Source of the DNA: a bacterium
GTDB taxonomy: Bacteria > Patescibacteriota > Minisyncoccia > Sungbacterales > SURF-37
Reading direction: 5' to 3'
Length of the DNA: 64,000 bases
Assembly (NCBI GenBank): GCA_030648055.1
Contig: JAUSHI010000002.1
Coordinates: forward strand, 178 to 64,177
The position numbers were made by a program, and so were the translations under genes. The notes beneath the pieces were generated by a model. The model was not told where the DNA came from, did not search any database, and saw only the letters and a list, made by a program, of their open reading frames with translations. How positions within the stretch are numbered: position 1 is the stretch's first letter; every line of letters begins with the position of its first letter. Of this stretch, positions 45,347 through 52,246 are shown one piece after another.

Positions 45347-46288
45347 ATGAGTCAAGCCACTTTCTATAAAGAAATAATCATCGCGGTTTTAGCGGTAGCA
45401 ACAGGAATTGCTAACGCCTATTTTTGGAAAGTTTTGATTTTTTCCGGAAGTTACTCAAGCCCCACTATTTTTTCAATTCCCGCCGCCCTGCTTTTTCTTT
45501 TCGCGATTTTCTTTTCGTTTTTAGCGCTTTTTGGCGTGAGCCGTACTTTGGGACTTATGGCAATTGCTATTGTATCCGTCGGGTCTTTTCTTTTTATAAC
45601 GGCCGGAACCGTAGCTTTTGTAGGAATCGTTTTGTCGTTTTTTGGTTTTCAGTGGGCGTATTCAAGAATCCGGAATGAAGCGAAGCTTTCGGTTTCGTTT
45701 AGTCTTTCTAAAATTCTGAGACAGGGTTTGCCACTGTTTTTTACCGCTATCGCCGTTATGGTTTCCGTGTTTTATTTTTCATCCATAAGCCAAGAAAAGA
45801 ATCAGACATTTTTGCCCAAAGCCGTATTTGAACTTTCTTTACCGCTCTTGCAGAATTCATTACAGGGCATAATTCCGGGGTTTAGGCCGGATGCCACGAT
45901 TGATCAGCTACTTATTGGGGCGGCCCAGAAACAGACCGGAAACGCGGTGGATATTTCAAAAGTCCCGAAAGACCAGCTTGAAAAATTTCTTCAGGAAGAG
46001 CGCGCGGCACTCAGTAAAGGATTGGGTGTGGCGGTTACCGGCAAAGAAAAAGCGGGCGATCTTCTTTATAATCTGGCAAATCAGAAACTGGAGGATTTTG
46101 TCGGCCCGTATAAACAATATCTTCCGTATTTAACGGCGTTTGGCTTTTTTCTGGCGGTAAAAGCGCTTACTCTGCCCTTATATTTTGTTACACTTATTCT
46201 TGTCTGGTTAGCGGTTCGGCTTCTGCTTGCCGTTAAGTTGTTAAAAAAAGAGATTGGCATGGTACAAACGGAAAAGGTGACATTGTAA
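45347..46288 (+). CDS. polytopic membrane protein, unknown function
   Basis: At least 6 predicted TM helices. I prefer the ATG at 45347 (MSQATFY..) over 45305, which would abut the divergent gene start. Confidence 0.6.
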   Translation: MSQATFYKEIIIAVLAVATGIANAYFWKVLIFSGSYSSPTIFSIPAALLFLFAIFFSFLALFGVSRTLGLMAIAIVSVGSFLFITAGTVAFVGIVLSFFGFQWAYSRIRNEAKLSVSFSLSKILRQGLPLFFTAIAVMVSVFYFSSISQEKNQTFLPKAVFELSLPLLQNSLQGIIPGFRPDATIDQLLIGAAQKQTGNAVDISKVPKDQLEKFLQEERAALSKGLGVAVTGKEKAGDLLYNLANQKLEDFVGPYKQYLPYLTAFGFFLAVKALTLPLYFVTLILVWLAVRLLLAVKLLKKEIGMVQTEKVTL

Positions 46289-46432
46289 GTTGAGGTACGG
46301 CACTTCTTTTTAGTTTTACACCCGGTAGAACGGCGGCGCGATAGTATTTGAGGGTCTGGCTATTCGCCACCGCGCGCCGCACCATGGATTACTTAATTAA
46401 TGGCGATTCATTAGTTGTACAAAAGTAGTATA

Positions 46433-46516
46433 GTAAAATTGGGGGGGATGCTCATTTTTGTAGCTACTCGCCCCATTTATAAACAAAAATGGCAAAAGAT
46501 TATTACAAAATTTTAG
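46433..46516 (+). promoter_or_regulatory. repeat element C (right half only) with mini-ORF (22 codons) overlapping the dnaJ start
   Basis: GTAAAATTGGGGGGGATGCTCAT. The mini-ORF 46448-46516 (MLIFVATRPIY..) overlaps the dnaJ ATG out of frame. I found no matching left arm. Confidence 0.5.
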
Positions 46517-47571
46517 GTGTCCCGAGGAACGCTTCTAAGGAAGATGTAAAACATGCTTATAGAAAGCTGGCGCATTTACATCACCCCGATAAAGCAGGTG
46601 GCAACGAGGCGAAGTTTAAAGAAATTAACGAGGCCTATCAGGTGCTGGGAGATGAAAAGAAGCGTTCACAGTACGACCAATTCGGGCGGGTGTTTGAGGG
46701 GGGCGGCGGAAGTCCTTTTGGCCAAGGCGGGTTTAGTTTTGGAGAAGAGTTTCGGGGTTTCGGCGATTTTGACTTTTCAGATATTTTTGAAGATGTTTTG
46801 GGCGGGATGGGTTTTGCCGGGGGGAAACGCGAGCCGCATTCAAAAAAAGGAAGAGATATACAAATTGATTTGGAAATTCCTTTTGAAGAAATGATTTTTG
46901 GTGGCAAGCACGAAGTATCGTTGCAGAAACTTGGGAAGTGCGAACGTTGCGGAGGGACAGGGGCAGAGGCCGGCTCAAAGATGGTTACGTGCAATACCTG
47001 CCATGGCTCCGGAAAGGTTGAGAAAATCCAACGGACTATTTTGGGTGTGTTTTCGCAAGTGAGCATTTGTTCAACCTGCAATGGTAAGGGCGAGGTGCCT
47101 GAAGTAACATGCAAAAATTGCGGAGGCAGGGGAGTTCTTCGCGCGGAGGATCGTATTGAAATTTTTGTGCCGGCCGGAGTTAATGGTAATGAGCTTCTGA
47201 AAGTTTCTGGAAAAGGCGAGGCGTCAGTTACTGGAGGCGTGCCGGGCGATCTTTTTGTGAAAATTCACGTGATGTCTTCAAAAATTTATAAAAGGCAGAG
47301 TAACGATGTAATTATGATGCTTTCGGTGAAATTTACCGACGCGGCTTTGGGGGCGAAGGTTGATTTGGGAACTCCTGACGGTAAAATCGTGATGAAAATT
47401 CCTGAAGGCACGGAGTCCGGAGATATTTTAAAAGTTCGCGGCAAGGGCGTTCCGCACCTTTCGGGGTACGGCAGGGGAGATCTTTTGATTGAGATTAAAG
47501 TTGAAACGCCCAAGAAACTTTCGCGCAAAGCAAAAGAGATGATTGAAAAATTAAAAGAAGAAGGAGTTTAA
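46489..47571 (+). CDS. dnaJ: chaperone DnaJ
   Basis: J domain with HPD (LAHLHHPDK), a G/F region, and four CxxCxGxG zinc motifs. Confidence 0.96.
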   Translation: MAKDYYKILGVPRNASKEDVKHAYRKLAHLHHPDKAGGNEAKFKEINEAYQVLGDEKKRSQYDQFGRVFEGGGGSPFGQGGFSFGEEFRGFGDFDFSDIFEDVLGGMGFAGGKREPHSKKGRDIQIDLEIPFEEMIFGGKHEVSLQKLGKCERCGGTGAEAGSKMVTCNTCHGSGKVEKIQRTILGVFSQVSICSTCNGKGEVPEVTCKNCGGRGVLRAEDRIEIFVPAGVNGNELLKVSGKGEASVTGGVPGDLFVKIHVMSSKIYKRQSNDVIMMLSVKFTDAALGAKVDLGTPDGKIVMKIPEGTESGDILKVRGKGVPHLSGYGRGDLLIEIKVETPKKLSRKAKEMIEKLKEEGV

Positions 47572-47650
47572 ACGTGGCTGTAAAATTCGCAAAACTCCGG
47601 CGTGTTTTGATAATTGCGCTTGCTATGGTTTTTTATTTCTTTGTAGTTTG

Positions 47651-47717
47651 TTCATTCCAACATTCTCTCTCTTTCGCGCGAGGCTTCGGACGGGCAAGGT
47701 AAGAATGTTGGAATGAA
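47651..47717. repeat. palindrome family copy with a 35-nt insertion at its centre
   Basis: The arms TTCATTCCAACATTCT (47651-66) and AGAATGTTGGAATGAA (47702-17) are separated by CTCTCTTTCGCGCGAGGCTTCGGACGGGCAAGGTA. Confidence 0.8.
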
Positions 47718-48093
47718 AAATGGGCGGGGCAGATGGTTGAGGGCGCTGTGCCGGATAACAAGAACACTCCGCAGTATTGCGGAGTGTTTTGAAATTCAGC
47801 ACCTTTCTGTCATTTCTTGTCTTATCGGATTTATTATTTTCGGCGCTTTGCTTTCCCTTTTTTTGCTTTTTTTGCCATTTTGATTTTTAGATTTAAATGA
47901 GCTAATTAATAAATTTATTCGGGAGCTATTTCCCTCGGCCTTTGGCATAAGTATACCATACTTTTATTGCAATTTTATTTTTTGCAACGCAATGTGTGGA
48001 TAACTTAAGGACGTTTGATTTTTTTCAAAAGCAAGTTATAATTGTTTTGCCCTCAGTTTTTGAAATAAAGATAAATTTTTTACGATTTTTTAC

Positions 48094-48214
48094 GCGCCCA
48101 TAGCTCAGTTGGGTGAGAATCCGTTTAAATAGGATTCTCACGGGCATTGCGAGCAGTCCCGACGTTTTGTCGGGACAGCACAGCACCATGCCCCGGAAGA
48201 GCAGCTCCCTTTTT
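48094..48214 (+). pseudogene. tRNA-Lys 5' fragment (positions 1 to 36) carrying an 86-nt hairpin-rich insertion in the D loop
   Basis: 48094-48112 equals 48536-48554, and 48199-48213 equals 48557-48571 of the intact tRNA-Lys. The insertion 48113-48198 contains GTGAGAATCC..GGATTCTCAC and GTCCCGAC-GTTTT-GTCGGGAC hairpins. Similarity stops after anticodon TTT. Confidence 0.7.
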
Positions 48215-48270
48215 CAGCCAGAGGCTGATCCGCCTTTGGCGGAAAGGAGAAGACCGATTTCAAAAAGCGT

Positions 48271-48513
48271 ATGCCCTATGTCTATGTTCTAAAAAGTTTG
48301 AAAAACGGAAAGCGTTATGTTGGTAGTAGTAATTTGGATCCTCAAGAACGGTTAAAGAAACATAATTCGGGATCAAATAAATTTACAAAAGGAAACAAAC
48401 CATTTATATTGATTTATCAAGAAGGATGCGCATCAGTTAGGAAAGCAAGGCAAAGAGAGAACTTTTTGAAATCCGGCGTTGGTAGGAATTTTCTTGATGA
48501 TATGTTTAAATAA
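48271..48513 (+). CDS. GIY-YIG nuclease domain protein (COG2827/YhbQ-like, 80 aa)
   Basis: PYVYVLKSLKNGKRYVGSSNLDPQERLKKHNSG....RENFLK is the GIY-(x)-YVG..R..H/N..E pattern. Confidence 0.8.
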   Translation: MPYVYVLKSLKNGKRYVGSSNLDPQERLKKHNSGSNKFTKGNKPFILIYQEGCASVRKARQRENFLKSGVGRNFLDDMFK

Positions 48514-48535
48514 TTTTACATTAAACTTTTATTAC

Positions 48536-48608
48536 GCGCCCATAGCTCAGTTGGTAGAGCAGCTCCCTTTTAAGGAGATGGTCGCAGGTTCGAATCCTGC
48601 TGGGCGCA
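48536..48608 (+). tRNA. tRNA-Lys (anticodon UUU), no encoded CCA
   Basis: GCGCCCA-TA-GCTC-AGTTGGTA-GAGC-A-GCTCC-CTTTTAA-GGAGA-TGGTC-GCAGG-TTCGAAT-CCTGC-TGGGCGC-A. Confidence 0.93.
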
Positions 48609-48681
48609 AACAGAGGCTGATCCGCCTTTGGCGGAAAGGAGACGCAAGTTCTGCGCCAGAGGCGCACTCGCCTCAGGCGAG

Positions 48682-48698
48682 GAATCCTGCTGGGCGCA
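48682..48698 (+). repeat. duplicated tRNA-Lys 3' end (17 nt)
   Basis: GAATCCTGCTGGGCGCA is identical to 48592-48608. A 32-nt box CAGAGGCTGATCCGCCTTTGGCGGAAAGGAGA is also duplicated (48219-48250 and 48611-48642). Confidence 0.8.
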
Positions 48699-48801
48699 TT
48701 GAGCAAAGCGAGAAAAGGAATTTTTATAGTGATTTTTTTTATGATGTTAGAATACAAACGCTAAATTTATAAAAATATCAGACGCTTATATAAGTTTTAA
48801 C

Positions 48802-48835
48802 GGGCCTATAGCATAGTGGCAGTGCAGCCGGTTTG
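48802..48835 (+). pseudogene. tRNA-Ala 5' fragment (positions 1-35) of a disrupted older copy
   Basis: GGGCCTATAGCATAGTGGCAGTGCAGCCGGTTTG is 30/34 identical to 49143-49176. Confidence 0.75.
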
Positions 48836-48857
48836 TCCCGATTTATACAAATTTAAA

Positions 48858-49103
48858 ATGTTTTATCTTTATATCTTAAAGTTGGTAAAATATGGGACAT
48901 ATTATATTGGAATTTGTAAGGATATCGGGAGTCGCTTATATCTGCACAATAATGGTAAAGTAAAATCAACAAAATTTAAGAGATCACGGGTACTTATTTG
49001 CACAAAAGAATTTAATATTTTATCTGAAGCTAGAAAATTAGAAATTAAATTGAAATCCATGAAGAAGCGTTCGTATTTAGAGAAGCTGATAAAACATTTC
49101 TAA
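48858..49103 (+). CDS. GIY-YIG nuclease domain protein (81 aa)
   Basis: MFYLYILKLVKYGTYYIGICKDIGSRLYLHNNG...EARKLEIKLK. The ATG at 48858 is preferred over the track GTG at 48816, which lies inside the tRNA fragment. Confidence 0.75.
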   Translation: MFYLYILKLVKYGTYYIGICKDIGSRLYLHNNGKVKSTKFKRSRVLICTKEFNILSEARKLEIKLKSMKKRSYLEKLIKHF

Positions 49104-49142
49104 AATTTGTATATAAATCGAGGATCCTCGTTAAATCGCGGT

Positions 49143-49213
49143 GGGCCCGTAGCATAGTGGTAGTGCATCCGGTTTGCATCCGGAGGGCGGGAGTTCGATT
49201 CTCCCCGGGTCCA
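49143..49213 (+). tRNA. tRNA-Ala (anticodon UGC) with G3:U70
   Basis: GGGCCCG-TA-GCAT-AGTGGTA-GTGC-A-TCCGG-TTTGCAT-CCGGA-GGGC-GGGAG-TTCGATT-CTCCC-CGGGTCC-A. Confidence 0.93.
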
Positions 49214-49240
49214 TTATGGGCCCACCACGATTTATCGGGA

Positions 49241-49265
49241 CATCCGGCGGGCTGGAGTTCCTCCG
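49241..49265 (+). pseudogene. tRNA-Ala 3' fragment (from anticodon position 36 into the T arm) of the disrupted copy
   Basis: CATCCGGCGGGCTGGAGTTCCTCC aligns with CATCCGGAGGGCGGGAGTTCGATTCTCC of the intact gene, with a 4-nt T-loop deletion. Its CCGGC pairs with GCCGG in the 48802 fragment. The acceptor 3' strand is missing. Confidence 0.7.
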
Positions 49266-49366
49266 ATTTTGTCTTCGCTTTGCGGAGTTACAAAATCGAG
49301 AGTCCTCGATGCGATTACCAAATTGAAAATTTGGTTCGCATCGGGAGATTCTCTCATGGTTCATTT

Positions 49367-49404
49367 CACACACAAAAACACCCGCTATGGGTGTTTTTGT
49401 GTGT
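49367..49404 (+). terminator. intrinsic terminator after the tRNA cluster
   Basis: CACACACAAAAACACCC-GCTA-TGGGTGTTTTTGTGTG. Confidence 0.7.
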
Positions 49405-49454
49405 ATAACTAAGTTTTGTTATAGATACTATTATACAATATACTAAGAGAAGTC

Positions 49455-49736
49455 ATGCCTCCGGCCGACAATTTAAAAATAAAATTTATTGCGCTTGCAA
49501 TTTTGGTCATCCTGCTTGTCGCGGCTGGTTTTTGGTATTGGTATCAAAAAAGAGCCAAAGTTCTAAAGGAAACAAGCCGGAGTGCTCAATTTTTTGGGAA
49601 AGTGCAGAATCCGATGGAAAAACTTCCCGAGACCAATCCTTTCAAGGTTCAAAGCAATCCTTTTTCAGCCGACGCTAATCCTTTGAGTAGCTCCAACCCC
49701 TTTAATGAGATCTATAAAAATCCGTTCGGTCAATAA
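49455..49736 (+). CDS. small membrane-anchored protein with NPF repeats
   Basis: 93 aa with an N-terminal TM helix. The C-terminus carries TNPF..SNPF..ANPL..SNPF..KNPF. Confidence 0.55.
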   Translation: MPPADNLKIKFIALAILVILLVAAGFWYWYQKRAKVLKETSRSAQFFGKVQNPMEKLPETNPFKVQSNPFSADANPLSSSNPFNEIYKNPFGQ

Positions 49737-49740
49737 ATTC

Positions 49741-52167
49741 ATGCCAGCCAATATTCAAAAATTACTCTTCAGAGGAATAATATTGTTTGGACTTTTTGCG
49801 GCGGCATTAATAGTGCAGGCGCAAGCGGCCCGCGTCTCTTCCATTACGCTTGAAAAAGGCAGTTCTTTCGGTCTTTTCATATTGACCGTTGCTGACCCCG
49901 ACGGCGTAAGGGAATTCTCACTGCAGCCGCCGGATAAATTCCCCTACGGCGGCGGGGTTAATTGTCCAAAGACATTTAAAAATAATAATGTAATTTTTTC
50001 TCTGGAAGATTTTACTCCGGAGATGACCGCGCATGTGCTTGATTGCAAGGACAATCGCGTTGAGTTCACCATTCTTCCTCCGAAAGACGGCGTTACTCGC
50101 GGTAGTGTAGTAGCCGCCCCTTCTTTGAAGCCAGTTTCAGTGCCAGCCAAACCGGCAGAGGAAGTTAAGAAGCCAGTTGGCGAAGATGAATTTGTTTTTC
50201 CAGTCGCGGAATTGGGAAATTGCAAGAGCGAAGACGATTGCAGAATTTATTGCGAAAGCCCGAGCCATTTCCGAGCCTGTTTAGCGTTTGCCGAAAAGTA
50301 TGACGCGATGAGTAAAGAAGAATTGACCGAGGCAAAGAAATTCGCCAAGGTAGTTGAAGACGGCGGTCCTGGCGGTTGCCGAACCGAGCTGGAATGCCAA
50401 GCGTATTGTGAAAATTCAGACCACTTTGAAGAGTGTGTTGCTTTTGCCGAAAAGTATGATTTGTTAAGTCCGGACGAATTGGCTAACGCCAAAAAGTTTC
50501 TTCCGCTTATTAAATCCGGCGAGATGCCGGGGGGCTGTAAAACCGAAAACGAATGCGAGGCGTATTGCTCGCAAAGCGCGAATTTGGAAGGATGCATTGC
50601 CTTTGCCGAGCGGCACGGCGTTATTTCTGCGAAAGAGCTGGCAGAAGCCAAGAAGTTTCTCCCACTCATTAAATCCGGCCAAACGCCGGGCGGCTGTGAT
50701 AGCAAATTAACATGTGAGACCTACTGCGCCCAGGATAAAAATATGGATGAATGTCTTGCGTTTGCCGAAGAAAATGACATATTGTCGCCCGAAGAACTCC
50801 AAATGGCAAAAAAAATGCTGCCTTTAATGAAGAGCGGCGAAACGCCTGGCGCTTGTAAGAGCCGCGCCTCGTGCGAAGAATATTGCGCAATAGGCATCAA
50901 TATTGATGAGTGTCTTTCTTTCGCGGAAAAACAGGGCCTTATGACCCCCGAAGAACTGGAAGAAGTTAAAAAAATTCTTCCGTTTATGAAATCCGGCGAA
51001 CTACCCGGAGGGTGCACATCAAAAGAGGGCTGTGAGGCGTATTGCGAAGAAGACGACAATCTTGATGAGTGCTTGGCTTTCGCTGAAAAAGCAGGGCTTA
51101 TCTCGCCGGAAGAATTGGAAATAGCCAAAAAAACAGGGGGCAAGGGCCCGGGTGATTGTCGCGGGAGAGCGTGCGCAACATTTTGCGAAGACCCCGATAA
51201 TTTTATTATTTGCCGTGAATGGGCAGAAAAAAATGGTTTTACTGACGAGCTTTCCGGTACTTTAAGCAAAGGCGGGTTTACGGGTGGTCCGGGAGGATGC
51301 AAAACTGTTGAAGAATGCCAGGCATTTTGTCAGGAGAACCCGGATAAATGCCCTGGCCCGGGAAAACAAGGCCAGCATTGTTGCATTTCCCCAATTCCGG
51401 AATTAGAGGATAATTTACCGGGTTGTATTAAGTATTGCCAGGGGAATCCGGAAAATTGTCGAAAAGCAGAAGAAGCGTGGTGCCTGGATAATCCGGAATA
51501 TTGTCCTGATGGAAAGTTTGTTCCGCAGTGTGGTAATGGCGGCTCGGGTGGCGACTCCGGAGGAGGCCCAGGCGGATGCAAATCCCCAGAGGAATGCCAA
51601 GCTTATTGTCAGGAACATCCGGCAGAATGCGGCATCGGTGGAGGCGGGGGTGCCGGTGGTGGTCCTTCAAGAGGTGGGGGTGGACCGCCGCCAAACTGCT
51701 CCTTTGAGGAATTAAATCCTGTCTGCGCAGCAGTGAGTCCAGGTAAACATCACACTTTTAATAACGAATGCTTTGCGAAAGCTTTTGGAGCCACAAACCT
51801 GCGGCCGGGAGTCTGCCCCGGAGATGTACCCTGTTCGACGGTTCGTGATCCGGTCTGTGCTGTTAAAAGCGGAGCCACTAGGAGCTATTTCAATGGGTGT
51901 GCCGCCGAAGGAGACGACGCGGGAATTCTCTATGCGGGTGAGTGTAAAACCGATGGACCGCTACCATCCGTGGTGCCTCAGTTCCCAACATCAGGAGGAC
52001 AACCACCCACCATTCCTACCCCCGCACAAATCCAGCAACAAATAGAACAGCAAATTCAACAACAAGTTGATTGTTCTCTTTTCGCTTCCGTGCCGGAATG
52101 TTCTTTTGCGGGTCCAGAAGGTTCGCAAAACTACAACCACTGCAAACAGTGTTATCCGGATAAATAA
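49741..52167 (+). CDS. secreted Cys-rich repeat protein with two C-terminal Kazal-like modules
   Basis: Signal peptide. 7 full and 2 truncated repeats of about 48 aa (PGGC-x5-C-x2-YC-x7-C-x2-FAEK..S.EEL..AKK). The Kazal-like modules are C-x7-PVC-x13-C-x14-C, twice. Gly-rich and Gln-rich tails follow. Confidence 0.8.
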   Translation: MPANIQKLLFRGIILFGLFAAALIVQAQAARVSSITLEKGSSFGLFILTVADPDGVREFSLQPPDKFPYGGGVNCPKTFKNNNVIFSLEDFTPEMTAHVLDCKDNRVEFTILPPKDGVTRGSVVAAPSLKPVSVPAKPAEEVKKPVGEDEFVFPVAELGNCKSEDDCRIYCESPSHFRACLAFAEKYDAMSKEELTEAKKFAKVVEDGGPGGCRTELECQAYCENSDHFEECVAFAEKYDLLSPDELANAKKFLPLIKSGEMPGGCKTENECEAYCSQSANLEGCIAFAERHGVISAKELAEAKKFLPLIKSGQTPGGCDSKLTCETYCAQDKNMDECLAFAEENDILSPEELQMAKKMLPLMKSGETPGACKSRASCEEYCAIGINIDECLSFAEKQGLMTPEELEEVKKILPFMKSGELPGGCTSKEGCEAYCEEDDNLDECLAFAEKAGLISPEELEIAKKTGGKGPGDCRGRACATFCEDPDNFIICREWAEKNGFTDELSGTLSKGGFTGGPGGCKTVEECQAFCQENPDKCPGPGKQGQHCCISPIPELEDNLPGCIKYCQGNPENCRKAEEAWCLDNPEYCPDGKFVPQCGNGGSGGDSGGGPGGCKSPEECQAYCQEHPAECGIGGGGGAGGGPSRGGGGPPPNCSFEELNPVCAAVSPGKHHTFNNECFAKAFGATNLRPGVCPGDVPCSTVRDPVCAVKSGATRSYFNGCAAEGDDAGILYAGECKTDGPLPSVVPQFPTSGGQPPTIPTPAQIQQQIEQQIQQQVDCSLFASVPECSFAGPEGSQNYNHCKQCYPDK

Positions 52168-52246
52168 ACGCGGCTAAAGATTGTAAAGAAAACGGCTTAC
52201 TGCCGTTTTTTGCTTTAACGGGGATTTTTTGGTTTTATAAATAGTA

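Noticed and set aside
47575-47709. 44-codon GTG-initiated ORF right after dnaJ encoding a hydrophobic peptide
   Set aside because: It has no RBS, an alternative start codon, and runs into the palindrome repeat. Evidence is insufficient.
47834-47878. 14-codon minus-strand ORF MAKKAKKGKAKRRK followed by a hairpin (47768-47793)
   Set aside because: It is too short, has no RBS, and consists of poly-A/T-derived Lys codons in an AT-rich spacer. I cannot distinguish it from chance.
48094-49265. Reading the outer tRNA fragments as exons of tRNA genes split by group I (or archaeal-type) introns that carry homing endonuclease ORFs
   Set aside because: No complete 3' exon exists. The Ala copy lacks the acceptor 3' strand (no TAGGCCC downstream). 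The Lys copy keeps only its last 17 nt. Each putative intron would also contain a full functional tRNA of the same identity, which is not an intron architecture I know of. I did not run a group I covariance model, so this check is still listed.
50221-51630. Periodic nucleotide repeats (period about 145 nt) that could be mistaken for a repeat array or CRISPR, with antisense ORFs 50247..50705 and 50721..51302
   Set aside because: The periodicity is the coding repeat of the Cys4 protein. The repeats are divergent at the DNA level, in frame, and have no unique spacers. No cas genes are present.
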